Shown here: positions 1 to 11,800 of the stretch, one piece after another
How positions within the stretch are numbered: position 1 is the stretch's first letter
How the letters are laid out: the number at the start of each line of letters is the position of its first letter
Source of the DNA: a virus
Lineage: Duplodnaviria > Caudoviricetes
Reading direction: 5' to 3' (one strand)
Length of the DNA stretch: 55,640 nt
IMG/VR virus record: IMGVR_UViG_3300026518_000670
Span: 1-55,640 of that record
The notes under the pieces: model-generated
Told to the model about the DNA's origin: nothing
Seen by the model: the letters and a program-made list of their open reading frames with translations, nothing else
The model's database searches: none
Program-made: the position numbers and the translations under genes

Positions 1-693
1 TCAGAAGGATCTGCCGATACCGAGCGTGGTATGCCAGCGCCAGATCGGAGGCCACGCGCCAGCGTGGCCGGGAAAGCCGCCGCCGTCCCTGTACCAGTCC
101 AGCGACACGGACCACTGGCCGTGGCGGATGTACGTGCCTGCCGTGTAGCCGAAGGCCCAGCGCAGGTCTGACGTGCTGACGGGGACACGGTACTTGACGA
201 CGTAACTGCCGTCCGGCTGCAGGACGGGAAGATACCAGTCCGGTACGCGCAGCCGCCATGCCTGCCGGTAGTAGATGGGGCCTGCACGCACGCCCCACTG
301 CCACGGTCCCGATGTGTGCCAGCCTGCGGTGAGCGCGAGCGCGCCGATCCAGCCTCTGCCCATGTAGTGGGCGCGTGGCAGGCACGGGCCGACACATGAG
401 CGCGTGGCAGGGTCGTAGTTGCTGTCCGCCGGGACTGCGTAGGCATCGGAACTGTAATGCCCGAACCATATGGCCTTCCCGGTTGTCGTCCAGTGCTGGT
501 TGATATCCCAGCGAAGCCCCAGAGAAACCTCGGGATGGTTGAGCTTGAGGCTGTGCGGGAAAGCGCGCTGATACCACGTCCCATCGTGGCGCGCGGTCGC
601 GTGGGCAAAGCCGACGCCAACAACAGGCCGCACCTGAGCGGAGCTACCAACAGGGACGAGCAGAAGTGCCATAATATATGACTTATTTTTCAT
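1..693 (-). CDS. Putative outer-membrane beta-barrel protein (lysogenic conversion moron)
   Basis: N-terminal signal peptide (MKNKSYIMALLLVPVGSSA), alternating amphipathic aromatic-rich strands, C-terminal Phe beta-signal (TTLGIGRSF). Confidence 0.65.
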   Translation of the reverse strand: MKNKSYIMALLLVPVGSSAQVRPVVGVGFAHATARHDGTWYQRAFPHSLKLNHPEVSLGLRWDINQHWTTTGKAIWFGHYSSDAYAVPADSNYDPATRSCVGPCLPRAHYMGRGWIGALALTAGWHTSGPWQWGVRAGPIYYRQAWRLRVPDWYLPVLQPDGSYVVKYRVPVSTSDLRWAFGYTAGTYIRHGQWSVSLDWYRDGGGFPGHAGAWPPIWRWHTTLGIGRSF

Positions 694-1751
694 GTTATGT
701 GATAAAGAGTGGAAGAAATGTTCGCATAATTATCTTCCCCGCCGTATGTCAATGCTGAGTTGTCTGGTAGCTGGCAGGTCCCGAAGTTGAAGATGTATGA
801 GGGATTCCAGTATGCGACCAAGCTAAATGTGCCAGCTATGGTATCGTACTTCATGATTCTATCATTATAGGTCGTTCCGTCCTTACCTCCCCAATAATAC
901 ACATCAGTGCCTATTGCGACTGCACCATTCTGCCCAAAAGCATGCAATTCGGTAAGATAAACGTAAACGTATGTGGGCGCTGCACCGCTGGTATATTTAT
1001 ATTTTTGCACTTGATAACTTGTCCCGCCCGAACGTACATTCCCGCCAACTATCCACAGATTCCCGTCCGATGTACGTGCTAGCGCCCCGCCCCAAACCCC
1101 GCCTGTACTATTGCCTGTGGCACCGTATGCTCCGTCAGAAAGTCTATAAGCGAATGTCTGGAATGTAGTCAGGCTATCTGGCGGGGGGAGACACACATAT
1201 GCCCACGTGCCGTCACAATAGGCTCCCGTAGCCGCTTGGGAGTACCCATATGGAATCGGGGCCAAATCAGTGAATGTCATCGCCACAGGGTCATAGGCAA
1301 AAACGGTGGATACATAATACCCTCCACCATCCCTACCGCCCATGATGTAGATCTTGGATCCATCCGTGAACTGTATATGCGCGACACGCTCGTACCCTGT
1401 ACGGGTAGCTTCCAGCGTCCATGCTTGTGTCGCTACGTCGTAGACCCACATCTGCGCAGCCGAGCCAGTAGGACCGTTCGCGCCGCCATACATGTAGACC
1501 TTTCCGTTCAAGTAGGTCAGTGAATTTGCTGCGCGCGCCCCAGGAGATCCTGTGTACGATATGGATGTCACTGTCCCTGACAGTGACGTAAGCGCGGTGG
1601 ATACCTCGCCTATCATGCCAGACGGCAGAATATCGAGTACATACGGGTTCGTGCTTGGCACCTCGACAATGCGATTTGTGCTGTCGATGCCAAGCACGTT
1701 GCCACTCGATACCTGGCCGAGCTTGCCCGACGAGAGGATGCCGATAGCCAT
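690..1751 (-). CDS. Kelch-repeat beta-propeller protein, putative receptor-binding/tail-associated
   Basis: Kelch motifs GKVYMYGG, SKIYIMGG, NLWIVGG, DVYYWGG, ALTYGG with downstream YD...W/F. Visibly AT-richer than neighbours. Lies at the end of the virion operon. Confidence 0.75.
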   Translation of the reverse strand: MAIGILSSGKLGQVSSGNVLGIDSTNRIVEVPSTNPYVLDILPSGMIGEVSTALTSLSGTVTSISYTGSPGARAANSLTYLNGKVYMYGGANGPTGSAAQMWVYDVATQAWTLEATRTGYERVAHIQFTDGSKIYIMGGRDGGGYYVSTVFAYDPVAMTFTDLAPIPYGYSQAATGAYCDGTWAYVCLPPPDSLTTFQTFAYRLSDGAYGATGNSTGGVWGGALARTSDGNLWIVGGNVRSGGTSYQVQKYKYTSGAAPTYVYVYLTELHAFGQNGAVAIGTDVYYWGGKDGTTYNDRIMKYDTIAGTFSLVAYWNPSYIFNFGTCQLPDNSALTYGGEDNYANISSTLYHIT

Positions 1752-2263
1752 TATGCGCGGGTGATGGGGTCGTCGATCGACACTTCTAGCGCGCCGGCAG
1801 CCGTGGCCACTCCGAGGATCTGACGGATATTGCCGGTAGCAGTCGGCCCGCTGGCCAATGGCACCGCGCCGCCTGCGGTGGCGGCCGATAGCACATAAGT
1901 CCCGGCGGTCAGCCCAGCTACTTGGTTGTTTGTGCCACGGAAGTACACGGTAGCCGTGCCCGCAGCCGCAACCGCTGACAGTACGAAGCCGTGAGCAGGT
2001 TTAGTGCTGTCTGTAGCATTAGCCTTGCGGCAATTCGGAGTGCTGGCATTGTCATAGACATTCACGAAATCGCCTGCGGCAAGGGCCTCGCTTGCAACAA
2101 TGGCCTGCGTGTCCGCGCCTACGCCAGTTGGCAGCAACGAGGTATCCAGCTTTCCGTTAGCGTCAAGTGCCGGAATCTTTCCGGCGTCTGCCGCTCCTGC
2201 ACTTGTCACCAGACCCGCAATTTCATTGATCTTGTTTGCGATGAGACCAAGATAGTTTGCCAT
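1751..2263 (-). CDS. Virion structural protein (decoration/fibre-like, Ala/Gly-rich)
   Basis: ASEALAAGDFVNVY...AHGFVLSAV pattern resembles small cement/fibre-type proteins. Translationally coupled to the next gene. Confidence 0.55.
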   Translation of the reverse strand: MANYLGLIANKINEIAGLVTSAGAADAGKIPALDANGKLDTSLLPTGVGADTQAIVASEALAAGDFVNVYDNASTPNCRKANATDSTKPAHGFVLSAVAAAGTATVYFRGTNNQVAGLTAGTYVLSAATAGGAVPLASGPTATGNIRQILGVATAAGALEVSIDDPITRA

Positions 2264-2268
2264 GATCG

Positions 2269-2751
2269 TTATCCTCTGTGGATGGGTTGCTCGATATTGA
2301 TGTTAACAGTCGTCGCGCTCAACGCGACGCCAACCTGAAGAAGCCATCCGGTAGTCGGTGGCGATTGTGTGAGTGCTCCACTGGCAGCACAAAAGACTGG
2401 ACCCTCGGAAAAACTCCAACCAGGGTCATTCACGGAGCCACCTAGGCGCACACTGACACTTGCACCTACAGTGGATGTGGATTGTAGGGCGACGCCTACT
2501 ACCTGCTCTGCGTGGGTGCTTACCGACGTGTCTACTGGATACAGATTGCCGCCCGATGCGCGGACTACGTACATGGCGAGCACGGTTGCACCCGCTGGGA
2601 AAGACACGTCAGGCGCAGAACCTGGCGCACCGTCAGGACCAGGCTTTCCCATAATCCCTGGTGTTCCTGCCTCTACTTTCGTTGACCCCGTCTTGACTTT
2701 CACAAGCGACGGTTTCGAAACAACGGTGATGGATCCGCTTGTTGAGCTCAT
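2269..2751 (-). CDS. Virion structural protein with short collagen-like segment
   Basis: GxY triplets (GTPGIMGKPGPDGAPG). C-terminal domain resembles that of 1751..2263. Confidence 0.55.
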   Translation of the reverse strand: MSSTSGSITVVSKPSLVKVKTGSTKVEAGTPGIMGKPGPDGAPGSAPDVSFPAGATVLAMYVVRASGGNLYPVDTSVSTHAEQVVGVALQSTSTVGASVSVRLGGSVNDPGWSFSEGPVFCAASGALTQSPPTTGWLLQVGVALSATTVNINIEQPIHRG

Positions 2752-2831
2752 TTATAGGACTCCAAAATCGTTCGTTAGGCCAGTATTCAAAATCTGTTTT
2801 ATCCGATAACTATTTTCGTACTTGGTGTCAG

Positions 2832-5800
2832 TTAATGCACTACCGAAATACCGGCCTCTCGCTGTGCCATCTGGCGCACACGTTGACTCAAGACCACGCC
2901 ATGTTCGGCTTGTGCGCTGAGGCGCGCACGTTGCCGCAAGGACTGAACCAAGGTCTTCGTGGTGATGGCAATCGCTGGATTTTTCGCGTTGAAAGACCGG
3001 ATCTTTTTCAGAGCTACCTGTCGTGCCTGGTCATCGTGTTCATGCACGGCCATGGCAAAAGCATTCATCAAAGAAGTGCGTCGGTTCTTTATCTGGTCCG
3101 AATAGTTGTACAGCGCACTGTTTATGCGGTACTGGTCAGCAAGGTTGGTCGGTGTGAATCCCAGGGCCTGGACCAAAGCATTTTCAGCACTCGGATCTTC
3201 CAGAATGGGGTCGCCGCGCAACGTGTTGACTCCGTGCGCCGCGTAACGGAGTGCCTTCATGCCGCTCTTTGCTGCAGTCGGGATCATGCGCTCAACGCCA
3301 CGCCAAATATGCCCCTGGGTTATATATTGCTGGCCGATAAACCAGTTTTTCACCATGCCACCCATGGGTCCGGCAATCGACTCGAGCATGTTGTAGTAGG
3401 CATCCTTGCCTTCCAACTGACGATCTGCGTCACGGAACCAGAGGTTGGACAGAGAAACTCGACTGGAAATATGCAGTCCGAGACGATCAACCGCGCCATC
3501 GGCGATGACGTCAGCACCAGTTTGACCGAAATGCTCAGCCAGCCACTGCCGAAATTCGGTCTCGAAATCCCACGGCTCATCGTCATCGCCGGCCGCGGCG
3601 TGTGCTGCATTGGCCACCATCTTCATGAGATTGAACAGGGGTAGGCCTACCGTGCCTGCGAGCAAGGCCGTCATCCCCAACATGCCGGTCAGGGTGCGCC
3701 TGGCCAAGCGCCGGACTTCCGGTGACTGGCCACGTACCGCCTGATACAGATTGCGGTACATCAGCCAGGTCATGCCCACCGAGTAGTTTTTGAACTGCAG
3801 CAGCACCTTCGATACACCGTTTTGCATGAACCGAGGCCGGTTTGCATTGCTGTAGTCGAAATGCGTCCCGTTGATGGTGTCCGAGGCATGCCGTACCGCT
3901 TCATCGAAGCTCTTTCCGTCGGCACGAGCCAAGCGGAACGCCGCCACGCCGGCGGCCTCGCGGTTGACCACCTCGGCCTTGTGGAACATCCACGACATGA
4001 CATTCATGACCTTGGCCCAGCCAGGGTTCGACGTCAGCACGTTGCCCTCGGCCGTTCCGGCCAGGGTGTGCGCATTGGTCCGGTCGATGTCGCCGCGGCG
4101 CTCCAGCACCTTGTAGGCACGCTTCTCCTCCTCATTGAGTGTGCGCATGATGTTGCCGCCGGTCCGCAGCGCGGCCGCTGTGGCGCGCCCAAGCTCGCGC
4201 GAGGCCTTGCCCCAGCCGTGCTTGGCGGCCAGCACCGGGAGCGTCACCTGGGCGCCCTGCGTGAGGTTCACGAGGGCCGAGGCCGGGCTGGCGCCGAGGT
4301 AGTACATGAATCCGATCGAAGTGGCCATATTGGCAAGCTGGCTGTCCTTGGGCGACATGATCCAGTCGTGCCGGCGCTTCAGTTCGGTGAGCAGCGCGTC
4401 GCCCTTGGCCGCGGACAGGCCCTCGGCCTTCGTGCTCTCGCCGAATTCGCTGCTCCGGCGGTAGTTGTCCAGGCTGATCTGCATCGCCTCGAGGACGGTG
4501 CTCATCTGCTGGCTGTAGCGCAGGCGCGCCAGTTGGTGCGCTCCATGGAACCCGTTCTTGGCGAAGGCGCGCAGCGCATCGTCACTGAAACCAGGGACAG
4601 ACCGCCGATGGATGCTGCGCTTGCGCATGCTCATCTCGGGCAGGCTCTTCAGGAACATCTGATAGATATCGTCCTGCACCTTCTCCGAGACTCGCGCCTT
4701 CTGCAGCATCCCGATGATGTCCTTCACGAACGTACCTGATGGTGCATCCTTGGCGCGTGCCGAGCTGTCACGCCGGCCGGTGGCCTCGATCGTGAATCCG
4801 GCCTTGCGCAGCTTACTTTCAGCGGCCTTCAGCTCCGCAGCCGACTCGAACATCTTGAACGCGTACTGGTTGTTCGAATCGGTTGCCGACAACCAGTAAT
4901 CTCCGTTGCGATCGAGCGGGAAATACACACCCTCGCGCCGGTTCGATTCGAACTGGAAGCGAATGCGGTCCTTCATGCTGCGTCGATAGGTTTCCGGCAC
5001 ATCCATGGCATCGATGCGTTCCAGTAACGCGCGCTCGGTGGCATCGGCATGTTCGCGGTACCAATTGCGTACTTGACGGTATGTTTCCCTGGCTGATTCA
5101 GGCAATGCATTCCAACGCGCCACCAAGGTTGGCCAGCGTTTTTCACGCAGCTTCTCGCGCGCAGGGATGGCGCGCAGGCGCTTGACCTCGTCCATCATCA
5201 GGGTCTTGTCGTCACCCGGCCGACCGCGCATCTGGCCGCGCAAGGCGCGAATGCGGTCCTTGATCTTCTCCGGCGTCCATTCGGACAGTTCACCACGGCT
5301 GTCCTCCATCGACAGTCTCGTGTATTCCTCGGACGGATCCAGTCCAAGAATCGTGGCGTCATGCATCAGTTTGTTCAGGCGCTTGGCATGTTCGGTCAAA
5401 CCCCCACGCATGCCCTTGATGCCCTTGTGGAAGGCCCATCCTCGCCATTGGTCGGCGATCGGCGCCACGCCCTTCATCAGCATGCTGTTCGGATGCTCGC
5501 TGGCATCAGGAGATCCGGTCATCAACTGATTGCGATCGGCATCCATGCGCTGGTTGATGTCGGCATATTGCCTGGCGCCTTTGAGCGCCGGGTGCTCTTC
5601 GGCAAGCTCAAGGACGTGGCGCAACTGCAGCGCACCAAGGGTGGCCGGCTTGATGTCCTCCCATTTTCCCGTCAGCCAACCCTTCGCACGCTCCCAGGCG
5701 GACTGGTCCGGCGTCTCCAGCACCGAGGACATGGTGTTGACGCTGGCATCGGGTAGGCTGAAGTTGCGGCGCCCAGAACCAGAAACCCCGCCATTCGGCG

Positions 5801-8800
5801 GGGTCTCGGTAGTCGTGCTCAGGATGTCTTGTGGCGCTTCTTTGCGAAGGCCTTTCGCGCGTATGCGCTCACTGCGCGACCGTGCTGCCGCAGCTGCTCG
5901 ATTTCGGAGCTCGCCAGCTGATCGGAAGCCGATGAGGTAGCGGGCCTCATCGGCTGTGAGCGCGGCGGGGTCGACGTGGAACTGGTTTCTGATTTCATCG
6001 CCGTACCTCCCTTCAATTTGCTGCTTCAGCTTGGCATCGGCCCGCAGTGTACCGGATCGGCTGGCATTGGTCAGCACGGCGGTACCCACGACCTCTCCGC
6101 CATTGGCCTGAATGTAGCTGGCCAGGTCGGCCAGCGTGCCGCCCATCGTGGTGACGTCATCCACCAGCACGTAACGGCCACCTTCCTTCACCGGACCAGA
6201 GAAAGTGGAACGCGCAATCATTCGCTCCATGGCGTTGGCACCGGTGTGCAGCGTCCTGTTGGTCTGGACGATTTCCGTGTCATCGGTGCCACCTGTGTGT
6301 TCTGCAAGGTAGGCAGCCAGGGTTCTGGGTATGGCGTTCTTGCCCGTCGCTTCCTCGGCATGGGGCGCCACGAAGATCGCATCTGAGCCAAACTTCTCAG
6401 CCTGCTTGGCCAACGGTGCAGCCACCTCAGTTACTAGGTCCACGGCTGCCTGCATATCGCCGGCTTTGGCAGCGGCATAGTGTGGGTTTCGCTTGAGTGG
6501 CTGCATGTTCCGCCACAGGGCTATCGGATCTGATGCCTCGTCCGGGATGCCCTTGGACCGGGTCTGGTCTGGCAGGGAGAATCGAATGTCCGGATTATTG
6601 GAGTCAAATGTCCCGCGGTTTTCCGTTGCACTCTTGATCTGATTGGCCTTGAAAGCCACCCACTGCCTGGCTTCGGGAATGTGGATGCCGTCATAGCCTT
6701 GGGACTGAAGCTTGTCTCTCAGCGCCCGCGCCTCTTTCTGGCTGTCGATTGCCATCAATTCGTCGAGTGTCATGGACTTCGGTTTCTTGATCGACAAGTA
6801 GGCGTCAATCACGCGCTCATCTGCCGGTACGCCTTGGCTTGCGGTTTCAGCATAGCGCTGAGCACTGGACCTTTTTTCGGCAAAGAAATGCCCGAGTGGC
6901 GCTGTCATGTGCCCGGTATTGTTGCCAAGGCTTGCGTCATCGAAGGTGTAGAAGCCCTCGGATGTGCCGTGATAGACCATCTTCGGCTGACCGTCTGGCG
7001 TCGTGACCTTGGATCCGTCGAAGAACTTGCGGAACGCCGGCGACGACGTGGGCTCGGCCTGCGCGAACGAAATGGCGCCCCCGCCGGCGACCGGCCGCGA
7101 GTCGATGGTATCGCCGGTCTGTAGGAAGCGCTCCGAGCGCACCAACAGTTGCCGCAGCTCATCCTCGGACAGCTTCAGTGAGGGCATGAAGCGGCGCACG
7201 AACGCGTGCACGGCCGCGACGACCCGGTCCATTATGCCGTTGCGCACGCCCTTTTCAGCCATGACCGCCAGGGTTTCCTCCGCGAAGGTGCCGGGGTCGA
7301 CGTCGCCATACCTGCGGCTGACCTCTGCCAGCACGTCCCGCATGGCCTTGCTTCCCTTGCCCTGCTCGCGAAGATCCTGGATGGACTGCGCAATCTTGTC
7401 CCAAGCGCCGGCGCCCAGCGCGTCGTCGACGATGCGGTCGATGCCATAGTGGCCGATCGCCTCGTGCGCGAGTACCTGGTGCACGCGCTCGGAGCTCTTC
7501 AAGTTCGGCGCGACCAGGTAGATGGTGCGGCCGTCATAGAAGCCCTCGGCCGAACGCCAACGCGGATCCGTCTTGGCATCGGCCGGGAGCTGGCGCGCGC
7601 TTTCCAGGACGTGCACCTTCGGCATGTCTCCGCGCCATTTCTCGGTGACCTTGTCGACCGCCGCTTGCGCGCGCTTGTAGGTGTCCGATCCGACCGGAGC
7701 CGTAGCCACACCCACCTGTTGCGCCTCGCTGGGCTCCTGGAAGCTGTAGAAGTGACCGGCCATTGTCTGCTGGCCACGTGCAGCTGCGGAATTGAAGAAT
7801 TTGGTCGTGGACGTGGTCTTCCCGTCTTCGGGGGTAAACACGTCCAGCGCACGAATCCCCATGTCATTGATCAACCGACCGAGATTCTGGGCGGGCTCGA
7901 GTTTGTCGGCCATGATGATGCCGGCGCTGGCATTCGCCTGCGTCAGAATGGATGCAATCCGCGCGCTGCCCGAATCGGTACGGCCGGTCCGGAGCTTCGC
8001 CATTTCACTCATCGACACCGGCATGAACCCGATGACGTTGTGCCTGTTGTTCAGCAGGATGACCCCGGGTTCCTTGAACTTGCGCGCAATTTGGGGCGCA
8101 TCTTCGGGCGACGTGATCTTGAACGCTCCGAACTGCTTGGTGATCCGGCGATATCGGCGTTCCAGGCGCGGCACGGTCCCGGTGCGCGCCGCAGTCGTGA
8201 TCTTGGACCGGAAGCCGCCCACCGCGCCACCTTCCTGATAGAACGACGCATCGGTTTCCCCGGGCGCCACGGTAATCATACCGTGCGCAGTGATCCCGCT
8301 TCCTTTCATCAAGTCGATCAACGTGTCCGTGATGTTCTTGTCGGCGCGGCTCTGGTCCACATTTCCGCTGGGGTGGTTGTGCGCGAACCAGACGTCAGTG
8401 GCACCGGGAATCTCTGCCACGGAACCGAAGACCAGGCCGGGATTGACTGTGGCGCCGTCCGCGATTCCGATTGTGTGCCGGAGCACAGCCAAGGGCCGGC
8501 CGTCGGCATCGGCCACGACGGCCAGGAACTGTTCCTGGGGGGATTTGCGCAGGGGCGCGATGATGTGCGCGGCATCTTCCCAGCGCGTGATGCGCTTGAT
8601 GCCCGACCGGAACTGGCCGGTGGCGACCTGCTTTACGTGCTGGGTGAGCTCGAGTGCTCCGCGTCGGGTTGCGGCCTCGGACTCGGGGTTTCCGCTCTGG
8701 GCGAATAGGTCGAGCTGACCAGGTACGGGGCTTCCGGCCCGCCGTCCAGACGGAGCGGTAGATTCAGATACACCAGATTGCCGTACCTTGCTGAGCTTTC

Positions 8801-11800
8801 CATAGGATGCGCCTCCGGCGGGTAGCGTGGTGGTGGCGTCGGGGAAACCAGATGCTCGGACATCACGCGAGAAGGTCATGGCCTGGATACGGGAGACCCG
8901 GGTGTGGTAGCTATCGCGCGCGCGCAGGTACTGATTCGAGCGCACAAGGAGCTGCTCGAGCTCGGCCCGCCCGACCTTCCAGCTGGGCATGATCTTGCGG
9001 ATGAACTTGTGAATGGCACTAATTGCCCGATCCAGCCAGGCGTTTCGCACACCCCACTCGGCCAAAACAGCCAGTGTTTCAGCGGCGAATTCAGACGATC
9101 CTGTGCTGGAACCGTACCGTCTCTGCACCTCGGCGATCACACTCTCGATGCGGCTGAGACCTCGATTGATGTCCTTGCCGGCGGCAGCGTTCTGTTCCTG
9201 CTTCTGCAGCACGCGATCGCGCATGCCCTGCACCGAGGTGGCGACCCTGTCCCATGCGCCAGCGCCCAGCTCGTCATCGATGATACGGTCGACTCCGTAA
9301 TGGCCGACCGCCTCGTGCGCCAGCGTGCGCTGCACGTCGGCCTTGTCGAACAGGTTGGATGCGACCAGGTAGAGCGTGCGTCCATCGTAGAAGCCCTTGG
9401 CGCCTTTGTAGCGCGGATCCGTCTTCGCCGAGCCCGGAAGTGCCTCGCCATCATCGACCACGTGAACCTTGGGCTGCTGATTGCCCCACGCGCGCGTCTG
9501 CTGTGCGACGACGTCCTGCACCTTTCTGGCATGCGCGGCACGTGCATTGCGTGCCTCCGCATCGACCCCGGAGAGATTGTCACGACTCAGCGAGAACAGC
9601 TTCACGTTTCCTTCGGGCGTCTTCTCGCTGTCGATGGTGTTGAAGAATTCGTCGTAGGCCGCACGGATCGCGGGGATTTCGTCGGCCGTGGGATACGGGT
9701 AATCACCGTTGCGATCGAATGCTTCTCCGCTTACCACGTTTGCCAGGTAGTCATTGGCAGCGTTCTGGTCCTTGAGCTTGCCAATCACGTACGATTCGAA
9801 TGCCCGCGCCGACATTTCGCGCCCGGTCGACCAGTATTTCTTGCTCTTGATCTTGTCCAGGCGTTCGGAGCGCCGACGCACGTCGCTTTCAGCGATCGTG
9901 TTCTTGATGCGCACGAATGCGCGCGTGAGCTCGTCGCGCACACCCGGGACAGACTGGCGGCCGGACTCCGTCATGAATCCATCGGGGGATCGACGATCGG
10001 TTCGGCGCTTCTGGAAGTGGTTGTCCAGGGCGTGCCACCATTCGTGCGCCAGCGATCCCGGACCGCCATGCTTGGTGAGGTTGATCACCACGGCACGGGA
10101 CTCGAAATGTGCCGCCGCTGGGTTCTTTCCGCCCTTGCCGCGCGCCCCGAAGGCCAGACCGAGCTCACCATTCAGCGAGAGCGCGGCCGGGGGGATTTCC
10201 AAGACACCGGCCATATCCATCAGCGCGTCGTAGGCATTGTTGAGGTCCTGCTGCCTACGCGCGTACTCCACATAGTTGCCGAACTGGACACCACGGAAAC
10301 CGAAGGTGTCGCTGAACTGCTGCGGCGTGACGTCAGCACCATCGCGGTGATCAATGCCGATGCGGGTCTCGTTTTCGGCGCGGCGCACGGCCGGCTTCTC
10401 GCGCATCTTGGCCACGCGCTCAATGAGAGCTTCGCGATTTTCGTTCAGATAGGCGCGAGCCTTCTTCAGCGCTACGCTCTTATCCGCATCGTCGAAATGC
10501 TCCATGTCGATCGCGTCGCGCGGGATCTTCAGGCCGATGAAGTATCCTAACTTTCCCGGTCTGGCGTAGATGATCAGTGGCGGCTGACGCTTGGCCTTCT
10601 GCTTCTTCTGCTTCAGCTCCGGCAGCTTCTTCTTGAATTCCGCCAGGGCCTCTTCGCGCGTGTTTCCGACGGCCATCTGGTTGGGCCAGTTGCCGAAGAC
10701 ATTGCTGCGTCCCTTCTTCTCGATGGACCATTTCGAGACGTTCTCCTCCCCCCTGAATAGGGCGTAATGGTTCTGTTGGAAGGTCACCCCCTGAAGCGAT
10801 ATGTCGTGTCCGATTTCCTGGTACAGCTCCATTCGGCCTCGGATGCCACGGTTCAAGACTTCGCGTTCGGGTTTGCTCATTTCCTCCCGCACGCGCTCCC
10901 ACGACACATCGCCAGATAGAAGGTCTTGGGCAAACCCACGCAGCAGCTTCACTGAATCAACCCATCCCCTGAGCTTCCAGCCGCGCGGCTTCCGCGGAAT
11001 TTCGTCGCGGATGGCGTGTACGAAAGACACAACCTCGGGATCGACGCCGTTCTCGAGCAACTTCTCGTATTTCGGAGCCGGCCAGCTCTCCGAGAGAGGC
11101 GTTTCGGCAATGTCTGCTTCGCCAGCCCTTTTCAAGGCATCGACGTACTCGGTGCCGTAGTGCTTGCGCGCGCCGTGCAGGGTCTGGCCGAAATCTTCGA
11201 TCTTTTCGCCCTTTTCGGTCGCTGTCTTGTCGGTACCGGGGTCCTTCACCGTCTGCTGCGGCGCGGCCTTGTTGTTGCCGGCCGGGATCAGGGCATTGAT
11301 CGCCTTGTTCGCGGCCTTGTCGTCCATGTGCATGTAGTAAAGGTCGTCGACGGCTGCCGCGATCTGCTGCGCCGAGACGCCGGCGTCGACGGCGCGCTCG
11401 ATCAGGCTGCTGTCAAGCCGGTCGTACTTGTTGGCCAGGGTCATGGCCATGTTGTCGTGCGCGTTGTTCGCCATGAAGAACGAATAGGCAAAGCCCTCGG
11501 GGGTCACGCTGCGCGCGTTCTTCGTGGCCTGGCTCTTGCCGCCGTACTTCTGATGCATCTTGGAGCCTTCGGTGGGCTCCACGGGCGCGATCGGCAGATC
11601 CGCGTTGAAGCGGCCCCACAGCAACGTCTTCTTCGTGTACGGGTCGCCCAGATCGTTAGGGTTGAACGACAGGCGCCACGGCGGCAGGCCGCCAAGCTTT
11701 TCGATGCGCCCGACCGGGTTCTCGATCGCCCAGACCGCAGGCTTGAAGTATTCGATGGTCCGCAGGGTCTGATGCACCAGCTTGACGCTTGAGACGGTGC

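Noticed and set aside
690-2751. Diversity-generating retroelement acting on the receptor-binding gene
   Set aside because: No reverse transcriptase and no template/variable repeat pair seen.
7206-10550. Long plus-strand ORFs (500 and 548 aa) opposite the giant gene, and similar ones such as 25932..27218 and 33329..34363
   Set aside because: Antisense shadow ORFs expected from GC-rich codon usage. No motifs, SD or operon context.
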